Below are positions 1-9,317 of a stretch of DNA of 64,000 bases, in pieces. The stretch's first letter is position 1; each line of letters begins with the position of its first letter. Source of the DNA: Gemmatimonadaceae bacterium (GTDB lineage: Bacteria; Gemmatimonadota; Gemmatimonadetes; Gemmatimonadales; Gemmatimonadaceae). Where the stretch lies: positions 6,228-70,227 of the forward strand of contig JAICJQ010000004.1 in assembly GCA_025928335.1 (NCBI GenBank), read 5' to 3'. The notes beneath the pieces are model-generated. The model searched no databases and had not been told where the DNA came from. It saw only the letters and a list, made by a program, of their open reading frames with translations. The position numbers and the translations under genes are program-made.

Positions 1-1
1 C

Positions 2-2041
2 CAGCAACCACTTCCCGGTTACTCACCGGCAACGTCCGCTGCCGAGCGCGCGCTGGAGGCGGACGCGATCAAACGGCCATCACCAGCCGCGGCGTCCGGG
101 CACTCGCGGTCGCTGTCGAAGGAGACACACGTCTCGGGGACACCCGCACAAGCGAGAACGCGCGACTATGTGATCAACCAACTCAAGGGATGGGGCCTCG
201 AGACCGAGGTGCGGTCCTACGATGTCTGGATGCCGCATCCCACGGCCGTACACGTGGCGCGGATTTCACCGCAGCCGAAAGAGCTCAGCCTTCGCGAACC
301 GCCTGTCGAGGGCGACCCGACGTCGTCGCTATGGCAGTACCCGACCGTAAACGGATACAGCGGCGCCGGCGATGCAACGGCCGACGTTGTCTACGTCAAC
401 TACGGGCTGATCGAAGATTACGCGCAGCTTGATTCGCTCGGCGTCTCGGTCCGCGGCAAGATTGCTATTGCACGCTACGGGCGATCCTTTCGCGGAATCA
501 AGGCACGTGAAGCGGAAAGGCACGGTGCCGTCGCCCTGCTCATCTACAGCGATCCGCAGGATGATGGTTTTGTCGTCGGGGACGTGTATCCCGAAGGTCC
601 GATGCGGAACAGCGGCGGGGTGCAGCGGGGAAGCGTCTTGAACGTCGACGGGGATCCGTCGACGCAGGGCTATCCGAGCAAGCCGGGCACGGTGAGGTTG
701 GCGACGGATCGACTCGAGATTCCGCACATTCCTGTCGTTCCGATCGGTTACGGAAATGCGGCCGAGCTGCTGCACTTTTTACGCGGCGCGAGTGTGCCCC
801 GCGGTTGGCAGGGAGGCTTGGCGTTCCACTATCACGTCGGTCCGGGGCCGGTGAAGGCTCGTGTCAGCGTTCACGACGATCGCGGGACGTCCCCGATCAA
901 GCCGATCTACGACACGTTCGCGATGATTCGCGGAAGCCAGTACCCTGACGAGATGGTGATCATTGGCGGACATCGTGATGGATGGGGGCCTGGCGCAGCG
1001 GACAATGTGAGTGGCACGGTGAGCGTTCTCGAGGCGGCGAAAGCCGTCGCCGAAGCCATTAAGCAGGGAACGCGGCCGAAGCGAACGATGGTGTTCGCGA
1101 CGTGGGACGCAGAAGAATGGGGTTTGATCGGATCGACCGAATACGTAGAGGACGACACGCTTCGATTGAGCCGGGGAGCGGTCGCGTATTTGAATCAGGA
1201 CGTGGCGGCGCAGGGCGCGCGGTTTGGCGGCGGCGGTTCGCCGTCACTGCGGGGCGTCCTGCGAGATGTGGCGCGACTGGTACCCGATCCGAACGGGAAG
1301 GGTAGCGTGTACGCCGAGTGGCGACGGGCTTCCGCGGTACCGGACACCGTGGAGCCGGCGATGGGCGATCCGGGTGGAGGATCGGACTTCGCCGGCTTTT
1401 ACAATCACCTCGGTATTCCGATCGCGGAGTGGGGCTTCGGCGGCGCGGGCGGCGTCTACCACTCGCAATATGACAGCTACACCTGGATGACGAAATTCGG
1501 TGATCCCGGCTTTCAGTATCACGCGGCGGCGGCGAAGATCGCCGCGGCGATGATGCTGCGTTTGGCGAACGCCGACATCCTGCCGTACGACTACGTGGAA
1601 TACGCTCGGACGATGCGCCGCTACATCGCGCCGATCGAACGCAGCGTGACGGAACACAAATGGACGTTGCCGGCAGTGGGGCTTCGGTCCGCAGTCGATC
1701 GCCTGGAGCGAGAAGCTGTTTCGTTCAACACGACGCGCGACTCGGCGCTCGCGGCCTCGGCGTCGCCACAGCAGCTGCAGCGGACCAATCAAGCGCTCCT
1801 TCGGGTCGAGCGCGCGCTCACGAGGCCGGAGGGATTGAAAACTCGGCCATGGTTTAGAAATCTCATATACGCCGCCGACGAGAACAACGGATACGCCAAC
1901 ATGGTGTTCCCGTCGGTGAATGAGGCGATTCGATCGGGCAACGAGGGATTGGCTCGATCCGAGATGGACGACCTCGCGCGCCGCTTTGACGCAGCGGCTC
2001 AGGCTGTGGCCGACGCCCGAGCGGCATTGCGCAGCCGCTGA
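2..2041 (+). CDS. M28-family zinc peptidase, glutamate carboxypeptidase II / transferrin-receptor-like (PA domain + M28 + TfR-like dimerisation tail); 5' end lies upstream of the window
   Basis: The frame is open from nt 2 (...ARTRDYVINQLKGWGLE), so the listed GTG at 170 is internal. PA-like stretch GKIAIARYGRSFRGIKAREAERHGAVALLIYSDP. M28 metal-ligand stretches IIGGHRDGWGPGAADNVSG and ATWDAEEWGLIGSTEYVE. Long helical C-terminal tail. Confidence 0.85.
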   Translation, partial: QQPLPGYSPATSAAERALEADAIKRPSPAAASGHSRSLSKETHVSGTPAQARTRDYVINQLKGWGLETEVRSYDVWMPHPTAVHVARISPQPKELSLREPPVEGDPTSSLWQYPTVNGYSGAGDATADVVYVNYGLIEDYAQLDSLGVSVRGKIAIARYGRSFRGIKAREAERHGAVALLIYSDPQDDGFVVGDVYPEGPMRNSGGVQRGSVLNVDGDPSTQGYPSKPGTVRLATDRLEIPHIPVVPIGYGNAAELLHFLRGASVPRGWQGGLAFHYHVGPGPVKARVSVHDDRGTSPIKPIYDTFAMIRGSQYPDEMVIIGGHRDGWGPGAADNVSGTVSVLEAAKAVAEAIKQGTRPKRTMVFATWDAEEWGLIGSTEYVEDDTLRLSRGAVAYLNQDVAAQGARFGGGGSPSLRGVLRDVARLVPDPNGKGSVYAEWRRASAVPDTVEPAMGDPGGGSDFAGFYNHLGIPIAEWGFGGAGGVYHSQYDSYTWMTKFGDPGFQYHAAAAKIAAAMMLRLANADILPYDYVEYARTMRRYIAPIERSVTEHKWTLPAVGLRSAVDRLEREAVSFNTTRDSALAASASPQQLQRTNQALLRVERALTRPEGLKTRPWFRNLIYAADENNGYANMVFPSVNEAIRSGNEGLARSEMDDLARRFDAAAQAVADARAALRSR

Positions 2042-2051
2042 GCCGCGCCGA

Positions 2052-3515
2052 TCACGGCTGAGTCGTTTCGGCGGTAGGTGGGCGGCTGCCGCGCGTGACG
2101 TACAACGTCACCGCGGCGCTGACCGCGACGGCAATGAAAACCATCGTGACAACGAGCAAAATGACTTGCTTGATGCCGAGGCCGGCCTGGTGGACGCTCG
2201 TCGCCGCGGGCGTCGGCTGCTGATCGATCGCAGAGACGCGCAGCGGTTCGATAATATGCGGGAACGGAGGGGTGGAACTGGTGGTCGCGGCCGCTTCCGT
2301 CTCCTGACGTGGCCCCTCGATAGACACCGGAATCGCTCCTGCGCCGGCCGCTGAGTTGTCGTCGAGCTCGAGCGAATCGGTATCGAGTGGGGCGTCGGCG
2401 GGCGACATGCTCCCATTTCGACTCGGCGGTGAGGGGGCCTTACGGCGAGCCACGTACGCACGAGGCAAGACACGCCCTTCCGCGTCACGGCTGAGAGGCA
2501 GCGATCCGGCGACGGGACGTGCGCCTGGCGCAGGTGTTGGACGAGATAGCTTGGATTCGCCGGGCGACGGGAAGCCACGCGCGGGACTCGGTCGCGGTTC
2601 GAAGTGGCCTCCGTTCCGCGCGGCCATAACGCTCTGCGGCGTCGCGGGCGAGACGGCGGAGACGTCGACCGGAGTGCGGGGCGTGGCGGGAACGGGGAGA
2701 TCGAGCTCGATCAACGGATCTTCGTCGATCACAGGCGTCGTCGAGCGCGGCGGCTCGGCCGCCTCGATCGTTACGCGGGCTTCGCCGGGAAGGACTCCGC
2801 TCACGGCGCCGCTGCAAACACAACCCAAGCGTGGAGCGACGTCGATGAGAACGTTGGCACCGATCAGCAGCAACTGCGCGATCTCGGCCACGAAGTCATC
2901 GCTCTCGACTTCAGCGAGCGATCGCGAACCCGTCTCCGCCCAGAGATGCTCGGCGGTCGGCGCTCCGCCGGGCTGAGAACGGAAACGACGACGGTCTGGA
3001 GGAATGATCGATTCGAAGACGCGCGGCTGTTCGTCGAGCATGATTTGTCGCTCGGCAAGCATGTTCATCAACGCGTCCGGGGTCATTCGAATGTCGATCG
3101 ACTCGTCCACCGCGCCGGGGCAGCCACCGACGTAGGTCACTCGCATACGCGTGGGATGCGACAGCGCTCTCAGATAGCGAGCGAGAGCGACCGGGGGAGA
3201 CACGAGCGGGAGCAACACGGGGCGCAGATCACCACCGGTCGTGAGAAGGCGATGTGCCACGATCGGGCAACTGCATTGGATGGCTGGACGTTCGCCGAAG
3301 CGAGGGAGCCGCTTGAGCACGGCGGCGGCGATCAGCTCGTCGCCCCAGCTTGCCGGAACAACGTTTCCGAAGCCTGCGCGGAGACAGGCGTGTGCGAGCT
3401 GAACCGGCGTCGCCGGCGCCGCGGCAAGCAATGCATCGGCACCCAGGATGACGATGGGCACCGTCGGCGACAAGATCGTGTCGCTTCCGTCGGGAGCTGC
3501 AACCGCGAGGGTCAT
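2052..3515 (-). CDS. Hypothetical membrane-anchored protein: N-terminal Cys-containing domain resembling the Fe-only hydrogenase large-subunit C-terminal (H-domain/Nar1-like) fold, long Pro/Ser/Ala-rich linker, single C-terminal TM helix
   Basis: 487-aa ORF with an ATG start. Ordered motifs: PAIQCSCP, LVSPP, YVGGCPG, RLGCVCSG. About 200 aa of low-complexity Pro-rich sequence follows. C-terminal hydrophobic helix VILLVVTMVFIAVAVSAAVTLYV. Confidence 0.6.
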   Translation of the reverse strand: MTLAVAAPDGSDTILSPTVPIVILGADALLAAAPATPVQLAHACLRAGFGNVVPASWGDELIAAAVLKRLPRFGERPAIQCSCPIVAHRLLTTGGDLRPVLLPLVSPPVALARYLRALSHPTRMRVTYVGGCPGAVDESIDIRMTPDALMNMLAERQIMLDEQPRVFESIIPPDRRRFRSQPGGAPTAEHLWAETGSRSLAEVESDDFVAEIAQLLLIGANVLIDVAPRLGCVCSGAVSGVLPGEARVTIEAAEPPRSTTPVIDEDPLIELDLPVPATPRTPVDVSAVSPATPQSVMAARNGGHFEPRPSPARGFPSPGESKLSRPTPAPGARPVAGSLPLSRDAEGRVLPRAYVARRKAPSPPSRNGSMSPADAPLDTDSLELDDNSAAGAGAIPVSIEGPRQETEAAATTSSTPPFPHIIEPLRVSAIDQQPTPAATSVHQAGLGIKQVILLVVTMVFIAVAVSAAVTLYVTRGSRPPTAETTQP

Positions 3516-3609
3516 GACCGCGCGTCAAATCCTGAGAAGTCACCGAGGCGGGGAGTAGCCGAGACCGCGGCGGCGAGGGTTAGGTCCAACGAAGGTCGAA
3601 AACGGCTAC

Positions 3610-4401
3610 GTGTCAAGAGCGGCCCAGACATTGCACGTCCGGATGCTGTTGCGGGACGCGAGGATGGTTGTGGGGGAGACGAATTTTGGGGCGGCGCGGC
3701 TCACTGAGGCCGAGCGTGAGTCGTTGGTTGCGTACGCGGCACGCGCATCCTGGCCTGCGGGTTTTGTAATCTATCAACGCGGCGCACCCGCCGACGGAGT
3801 GTTCGTGGTAACGCGCGGCCGCGTCGTACTGCGCAGCCGTGTGCGCGCGGCCAGAGGTTTTGTCCCCTGGATCGCGTGTCCGGGTGAAACCTTCGGGTCC
3901 GAAGGACTGACGCAAACGGCGCGCTACGCGACGGATGCTCGGGCGGACGACGAAAGCGAAACGCTTTTTCTGAGCTCGGCGCGATTTCGCGCGTTCGTGC
4001 GCGAACAGCCACAGCATGCATTGATGCTCGTCAGCCAGCTCGTTTCCGAGCGCTCGGCGTTGTTGGACAAGCTCCGCGAGCTCACGACGCTGAGCGTCGA
4101 GCAGCGCCTATTGGCTACGCTGATTCGCATGGCGGCGAACGACACGTTCACAAGAGCGGATGGGCGGATTGTGTTGTGTTCGGCGCGCTACCGTCTGTTA
4201 TGCGAGCTGGTTGGCGCCACTCGCGAGTCGGTGTCGCTGGTACTGGGGCGGTTGACCGGCGAAGGACTGGTCGAGCGCGACGGTTCGTCGATGATCGTCG
4301 CGTCGCCGGCGCTCTTGGCCGAGCGGCTGGATGCGGCCAGTTTCGACGGCGAGTTGCCGTTCACCGCGATCGACGAGACGGCGGAGCAAGCCGTTCATTA
4401 G
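3610..4401 (+). CDS. Crp/Fnr-family transcriptional regulator (cNMP-binding domain + C-terminal HTH)
   Basis: cNMP-binding-like core GFVIYQRGAPADGVFVVTRGRVVLRS...GETFGSEGL. C-terminal HTH TRESVSLVLGRLTGEGLVERDG. GTG start; internal ATG alternatives exist. Confidence 0.85.
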   Translation: MSRAAQTLHVRMLLRDARMVVGETNFGAARLTEAERESLVAYAARASWPAGFVIYQRGAPADGVFVVTRGRVVLRSRVRAARGFVPWIACPGETFGSEGLTQTARYATDARADDESETLFLSSARFRAFVREQPQHALMLVSQLVSERSALLDKLRELTTLSVEQRLLATLIRMAANDTFTRADGRIVLCSARYRLLCELVGATRESVSLVLGRLTGEGLVERDGSSMIVASPALLAERLDAASFDGELPFTAIDETAEQAVH

Positions 4402-4468
4402 CCGCAACTGCGTGAGCGTGAGCGGCCACCCGGCTCGAAGGAGCACGGGTGGCCGTTACATTTGAGCG

Positions 4469-5344
4469 ATGGCGTTCGTCGCCCTCGCGGCCGTCGTCGG
4501 ACTCTTCCTGTTCGTGGGTCTTTCGCGTCGCCGCGCGTGGTCGGCGGCTTTCACGCCACATTCGATCGGTCCGGACGGCATCATCGTTGGTGCGGCCGGC
4601 TATGAGCTCGAGCGGCCGGGCGCGCCTGCCGTCCTTGTATTGCACGGCGGCGGCGACACGCCGCAGACCGTACGCTATTTGTCGGATGCGCTCCATGCAC
4701 GCGGATTTCACGTCGTCGCCCCGTTGCTGCCTGGTCACGGCCGAACGATCAGAGAATTCTCAACGGTGACCGCCGGCACGCTTACCGACTCCGCGTTCGA
4801 GTGTTACCACGCGCTTCGTGAGCGCCACACGCGAGTCGGCATCATCGGTGTGTCCATGGGCGGAGCGCTCGCGGTCCAAGTGGCGGCCGCGACACCGGAT
4901 TTGCCGGCGCTTGGTCTGGTCGCGCCATATCTCGCGATGCGACCACGGGCGTCGAGGTTGGCGAGGACGAGCCGCATCTGGGGCATGTTGGTTCCGGCGT
5001 TCGCTTCGTCGGAAGGGTTTTCGATCCGCGACCCGGAAGAGCGAAAGAAAAGTCTGGCGTACGGCGCATTCACCGCCGGAGCTCTTCGCGCCCTTTACAT
5101 CACGGTCCAACGGGCGGCGGCGGCGTTACCGCGTGTTACTGCGCCGACGCTGGTAATACAATCGCGGGAAGACAATCGAATCGACGTGGACGATGCCGAA
5201 CGAGCGTTCGCGCGGCTCGGTGCGCGCGAAAAGCGGTTGGAGTGGACGGCGGGCGCCGCGCACATCATCACCGTGGACTATGGACGCGAGCACGTGATCG
5301 AGCTGCTCGCGTCCTGGATGGAGGAAAAGTTGGTCAGCCGGTGA
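4469..5344 (+). CDS. Alpha/beta-fold hydrolase (esterase/lipase-like) with N-terminal membrane anchor
   Basis: N-terminal TM helix FVALAAVVGLFLFVGL. VLVLHGGGDTPQ oxyanion-hole region. Nucleophile elbow GVSMGG (GxSxG). Late His in AAHIITVD. Confidence 0.85.
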   Translation: MAFVALAAVVGLFLFVGLSRRRAWSAAFTPHSIGPDGIIVGAAGYELERPGAPAVLVLHGGGDTPQTVRYLSDALHARGFHVVAPLLPGHGRTIREFSTVTAGTLTDSAFECYHALRERHTRVGIIGVSMGGALAVQVAAATPDLPALGLVAPYLAMRPRASRLARTSRIWGMLVPAFASSEGFSIRDPEERKKSLAYGAFTAGALRALYITVQRAAAALPRVTAPTLVIQSREDNRIDVDDAERAFARLGAREKRLEWTAGAAHIITVDYGREHVIELLASWMEEKLVSR

Positions 5345-5690
5345 CGCGCTCGACGAGCGATTCGCCCATTTCCTTGATGGCCTCGACGCCCTCGGTCACG
5401 GCCGACGTCGCCTGCTGCGCGACTTCCTTGGCGACTCGAGTGACGCGTGCGATCGGCGCTGGAACGCGGGACTTTTTCTGAGTCTTCTTGGCGGGTTTTT
5501 TTGCGGCGCTCGTCGACGAGCGTTTGCTCGTACTCTTGCTCTTCGTGGCGCTCGCACTGCGTCGGGCGCTCGATCGTTTTGAAGCGGCCGTCTTGCTACG
5601 ACTCGACTTTACCGTCGGCCGTTTGGAGGTAATACGCTTACCGGCACGGGACCCAGATTTGGCGCGGGACTTCTTTGCTTTCGAGGCCAT
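5334..5690 (-). CDS. Lys/Ser/Ala-rich basic protein, histone H1-like N-terminus with a helical C-terminal tail
   Basis: MASKAKKSRAKSGSRAGKRITSKRPTVKSSRSKTAASKRSSARRSASATKSKSTSKRSSTSAAKKPAKKTQKK, then the ordinary-composition helix VTRVAKEVAQQATSAVTEGVEAIKEMGESLVERV. Its 3' end overlaps the convergent hydrolase gene by 11 nt. Confidence 0.6.
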   Translation of the reverse strand: MASKAKKSRAKSGSRAGKRITSKRPTVKSSRSKTAASKRSSARRSASATKSKSTSKRSSTSAAKKPAKKTQKKSRVPAPIARVTRVAKEVAQQATSAVTEGVEAIKEMGESLVERVTG

Positions 5691-5771
5691 CGGCGTTCTC
5701 CGCGGAGTCGATCGTGGAAGAGAGAGGCGGCGGCAGACACAGCAAAAACTGGACTCAGCGGTAGCGAGTTA

Positions 5772-6491
5772 CTAGGGCCAAGCGCGTTTCTTCGAATAGG
5801 GTTTTCCAAAGACGGCGGCGAGTGCGGAGTCGGGATCAGCCGCTCGGATGACGACGTCGATTCGTGGAGAGAGCGGCACGAGCGTCGAAAAATCGCGGTA
5901 ACGTGAGTAGCCGTGGCAAAAACACCACGGCCCCCGCCGCGTCAGATCCCCGAGCCAGATGTCTGGCAGCCCGATCCAGGTGAAGGCGTAGAAAAGGTTC
6001 AGCTTCTTGAACCGGGGCAAATCGCTCTCGATCACTCGGTGCGGCAACGATCCGTGCTTTCCCCATTGAACGTCGATTGCCACTTGTCCGCGATCATGCC
6101 AATCGGCGTGGAGCAGGGTGCCGTGCCAGAAGGTCCAAACGTCCGTCGGTGCCCGGGTCGAGTCATAGCCGACCCAGAGGACCTCTTCGTCGGTCGGGAC
6201 AGTAAATGGAATCCAAGATCCGTGGACGTCGTCGAGCCAGAGGAGGTGATAGGCGACGATTGGGCGGGTGGGATGAACGACGGCGACGACTCGCTCAAGC
6301 GGGAACCACTCGTCACGTTGGACGTATAACAAAGGGGCGATCGCGCGAGCGAGCATGGCCGCGCTGTCCCCAGGATTCAGGGCTCCGGCGAGTGAAACTG
6401 GTGGGGGGAACGGGGGGATGTGGGCGTGGGGACCGCAGCCCATGAGCCAGACCGTGGCGAGCCCAACGGAGACGTGGGCACGGCGTGACAA
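5772..6491 (-). CDS. Hypothetical lipoprotein
   Basis: TTG start preceded by GAGGG. Signal SRRAHVSVGLATVWLMGC with an L-M-G-C lipobox. Trp-rich 220-aa body with no motif I can name. Confidence 0.7.
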   Translation of the reverse strand: MSRRAHVSVGLATVWLMGCGPHAHIPPFPPPVSLAGALNPGDSAAMLARAIAPLLYVQRDEWFPLERVVAVVHPTRPIVAYHLLWLDDVHGSWIPFTVPTDEEVLWVGYDSTRAPTDVWTFWHGTLLHADWHDRGQVAIDVQWGKHGSLPHRVIESDLPRFKKLNLFYAFTWIGLPDIWLGDLTRRGPWCFCHGYSRYRDFSTLVPLSPRIDVVIRAADPDSALAAVFGKPYSKKRAWP

Positions 6492-6589
6492 ATTGATACC
6501 CTCGTTAGTCTTGTAACTTTAGAAGGTTAGTCGTAATTGGCATACCGGAGCCAAGGTTTTCCGGGGTTGTTTGCTGTAGAGGAGGGAAT

Positions 6590-6799
6590 ATGCGCAAGCC
6601 GCGACCGGCTACGTATAACCCAGCGCAGGCGCTTAATCTGATTGCCAACGATCGAACCGGTTCACCGCTCAGCTGCCCGTCGTGTTCGGGAATGATCGAG
6701 CGAACGCCGAACCAGGTTCCTCCCCCGCCCAGATCTCACGTTACGCTCCAGTGCCGCGAGTGCGGCCGTGTTGCTCGTTACATAGCGGGCGCAGCGTAA
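6590..6799 (+). CDS. Small zinc-ribbon protein (two CxxC pairs), hypothetical
   Basis: ATG preceded by GAGGAGGG. CPSC...x23...CREC arrangement in 69 aa. Confidence 0.55.
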   Translation: MRKPRPATYNPAQALNLIANDRTGSPLSCPSCSGMIERTPNQVPPPPRSHVTLQCRECGRVARYIAGAA

Positions 6800-6999
6800 G
6801 GGTCTCGCCTCTCCGCGCTCGCCAGTGTCCCCGGCGGAGCGCACCAAGTTGCACAAAACTTGCCCCGACGACGCTCAAGCGGCCTCGCTGCCGCGTGGGT
6901 GGAGTGTGCGTGGCGAGGTGGATCACGCCGGGCGGGGTGCGCGGACTTGTGCCTCGAGCGCGGGATCAGGTATCACCGTTTCTGCAAGAGGTAAGTGCA

Positions 7000-7209
7000 A
7001 TGGCTCGTCTTACCGGCACCGTGAAGTGGTTCAACGACGCCAAAGGCTACGGCTTCATTTCGCGTGAGGGCGGCCCTGACGTCTTCGTGCACTTCAGCGC
7101 CATCCAGGGGAGCGGGTTCAAATCGCTGGCCGAGGGCGATCGGGTGGAATTCGAGATCGTTCAAGGTCAGAAGGGGCCCCAGGCCGCGGATGTCGTGAAG
7201 GCCTCGTGA
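7000..7209 (+). CDS. cspA: Cold-shock protein, CspA family
   Basis: [36 protein letters not shown] carries the RNP1 (KGYGFI) and RNP2 (VFVHF) motifs. It is the in-frame ATG inside the longer listed ORF 6682..7209. Confidence 0.95.
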   Translation: MARLTGTVKWFNDAKGYGFISREGGPDVFVHFSAIQGSGFKSLAEGDRVEFEIVQGQKGPQAADVVKAS

Positions 7210-7230
7210 TCCGGCGCGCACGGCCGAGCA

Positions 7231-7260
7231 AAAACGCCCTGGCGACCGCCGGGGCGTTTT
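7231..7260 (+). terminator. Rho-independent terminator after cspA
   Basis: AAAACGCCC-(12-nt loop)-GGGCGTTTT followed by TG, 22 nt after the cspA stop codon. Confidence 0.7.
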
Positions 7261-7283
7261 TGTGCGCGTCAACCTAGAACATC

Positions 7284-9302
7284 ATGCGCGCGCGTTTGCC
7301 CGCGCCGATGCTGGCGACAATCGGCAACCAGTTGCCGACGGATCCGCATTGGGTGTTCGAGCAGAAATACGATGGCATGCGCGTCATCGCCGCTGCCGAC
7401 GCACGGCGCGTTCGGCTAGTGACTCGCAATGGTCGCGATAAGTCGAAACAGTTTCCGGAAATCGTCGACGCGTTGCGGGCGATCGCTCGACGGGCGCGCC
7501 GGTCGCTCGTGCTGGATGGTGAAATCGTCGCGGTAACGAAGGGTCAGGCCGCGTCATTTCAGGCTTTGCAGCCACGCATGCAGCTGGCGGATCCGAAACA
7601 GATCGCGCGATTCGCTGCCGATTCACCAGCGCGTTTCGTGGCGTTCGACGTGCTTCGCGATGGGCGACAGGATCTGACCAATCTTCCCGCCGCTGAGCGG
7701 CGCCGCCACCTCGAGCGACTGCTTGGCGCCGGGGGCGATAAGAGAATTGATATCAGCGATAGCTCTCGTTCATCGAAGCGGATGATATCGAAAGCCAAAC
7801 GGCGAGGCTGGGAAGGCCTGATCGCGAAGCGAGTCGACGCGCCGTATCGCCCCGGATCGCGTTCGCCGAATTGGATCAAACTGAAACTGCAGCATCGCGC
7901 CGAATTCGTCGTCGGCGGATACACGGATCCTCGTCGATCACGCGAATTAATTGGCGCCCTACTGCTCGGATACTATGACCCCCGCGGCGCGCTATGCTAT
8001 GCGGGGCATACGGGCGGCGGGTTCGGGCGCGAATCGTTACGTGACATCCATCGGCGTCTGCGCCCGCTCGCTCGCTCGACTAGCCCGTTCGCCGAGGAGA
8101 TTCGGACGAACGAACCGGCCCATTGGGTGAGGCCGGTACTCGTCGTGGAAGTGAAGTTTTCCGAATGGACGGCGGACGGAAAGTTGCGTCAACCAATATT
8201 TCTAGGCGTCCGCGATGACAAGGCGGCGCGGGAGGTCCACCGCGAGCGCGAGAGCATCCAGCAATGGGCACAGGAGATCGGTAGCGTGGGGGGGACGCGA
8301 GGACGGAATCGGAGTGCCGGCAAGCCGGCGCAGCGCGCCGGAGGCAAGTCGACGGATCCTGTCGTTGAGCAACTGGACCAAATTCAGGCTGGGGGCGGCG
8401 ATGGGGTGCTGCGGCTGAGCAGCGGTTCACTCCATGTATCCAGCCTCGACAAGCTGTACTTCCCAGACGACGGCTTCTCGAAGGGCGACCTGATGCGCTA
8501 CTACGCGACGGTGGCACCGGTTCTCCTTCCGGCGATCAAGGATCGGCCATTGATCCTCAAACGATACCCCAACGGCATCGACGGCACTTCGTTCTTTCAG
8601 CAGAACGCGGAGGACGTGCCCAAGGGAGTGCGAACTGCTCGCGTCGCCACTGATACGAAGCGAGGCGCCGACCGGATTATCGGCGGCGACCTGTTGACGC
8701 TTCTTTACACGGTCCAAATCGGGACGATCGCGGTGCACGCCTGGCAGACGCGCACGAAGACGCATCGATTCGCCGACACGACGACGATCGATCTCGATCC
8801 GGGGGACGGCGTACCATTCGCGCGCGTCGTTCTGCTCGCCAAGCACATCAAGGAAGAAATGGACAGCGCCGGTCTTCGTGGTGCGGCGAAGACATCGGGC
8901 TCGCGAGGGATTCACATCGTGCTGCCCATGCCCGCGCGGACGTCGTTCGATATCGCCGCCGCCGTCGCTCAACGGCTTGCCGAGCGCGTGACCGCTCGCC
9001 ATCGTGACATGGCAACGCTCGAGCGAAGCATTCGCGCTCGACCGAAGGGATCGATTTACGTGGACGCGCAGCAGAACGCGGCAGGAAAAAGCGTCGTAGC
9101 GGCCTATTCCGTGCGTGCTCGACGCGGGGCGACCGTCTCGGCGCCGCTCGAGTGGTCGGAACTACGACGAACATTGCGTCTCGAGGCGTTTACCATCGAG
9201 ACGATGCCCGTCCGGCTGCGCCGGATCGGCGACATTTGGGGCGCGGCGATGAAGCGGCGCAACACGAAGCGGGTGCTCGATCGCCTGTTGAGCGGCGAGT
9301 GA
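7284..9302 (+). CDS. ligD: ATP-dependent DNA ligase LigD, two-domain form (N-terminal ligase + C-terminal primase-polymerase; no phosphoesterase domain)
   Basis: Adenylation motif EQKYDGMR (KxDG). OB-fold region. Gly/Arg-rich linker. PolDom signature LDKLYFPDDGFSKGDLMRYYATVAPVLLPAIKDRPLILKRYPNGIDGTSFFQQN. Confidence 0.9.
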   Translation: MRARLPAPMLATIGNQLPTDPHWVFEQKYDGMRVIAAADARRVRLVTRNGRDKSKQFPEIVDALRAIARRARRSLVLDGEIVAVTKGQAASFQALQPRMQLADPKQIARFAADSPARFVAFDVLRDGRQDLTNLPAAERRRHLERLLGAGGDKRIDISDSSRSSKRMISKAKRRGWEGLIAKRVDAPYRPGSRSPNWIKLKLQHRAEFVVGGYTDPRRSRELIGALLLGYYDPRGALCYAGHTGGGFGRESLRDIHRRLRPLARSTSPFAEEIRTNEPAHWVRPVLVVEVKFSEWTADGKLRQPIFLGVRDDKAAREVHRERESIQQWAQEIGSVGGTRGRNRSAGKPAQRAGGKSTDPVVEQLDQIQAGGGDGVLRLSSGSLHVSSLDKLYFPDDGFSKGDLMRYYATVAPVLLPAIKDRPLILKRYPNGIDGTSFFQQNAEDVPKGVRTARVATDTKRGADRIIGGDLLTLLYTVQIGTIAVHAWQTRTKTHRFADTTTIDLDPGDGVPFARVVLLAKHIKEEMDSAGLRGAAKTSGSRGIHIVLPMPARTSFDIAAAVAQRLAERVTARHRDMATLERSIRARPKGSIYVDAQQNAAGKSVVAAYSVRARRGATVSAPLEWSELRRTLRLEAFTIETMPVRLRRIGDIWGAAMKRRNTKRVLDRLLSGE

Positions 9303-9317
9303 GACCGGAGAAGTGCG

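Noticed and set aside
3516-3609. Looked for a palindromic Crp/Fnr box (TGTGA-N6-TCACA or TTGAT-N4-ATCAA) in the divergent promoter region
   Set aside because: There are only non-palindromic half-site-like strings (GTCAA...GTCAC). I cannot support a site call.
2604-3707. 367-aa + strand ORF
   Set aside because: It is antisense to the 2052..3515 gene and runs into the Crp/Fnr start. The composition is Arg/Gly/Asp-rich with no motif.
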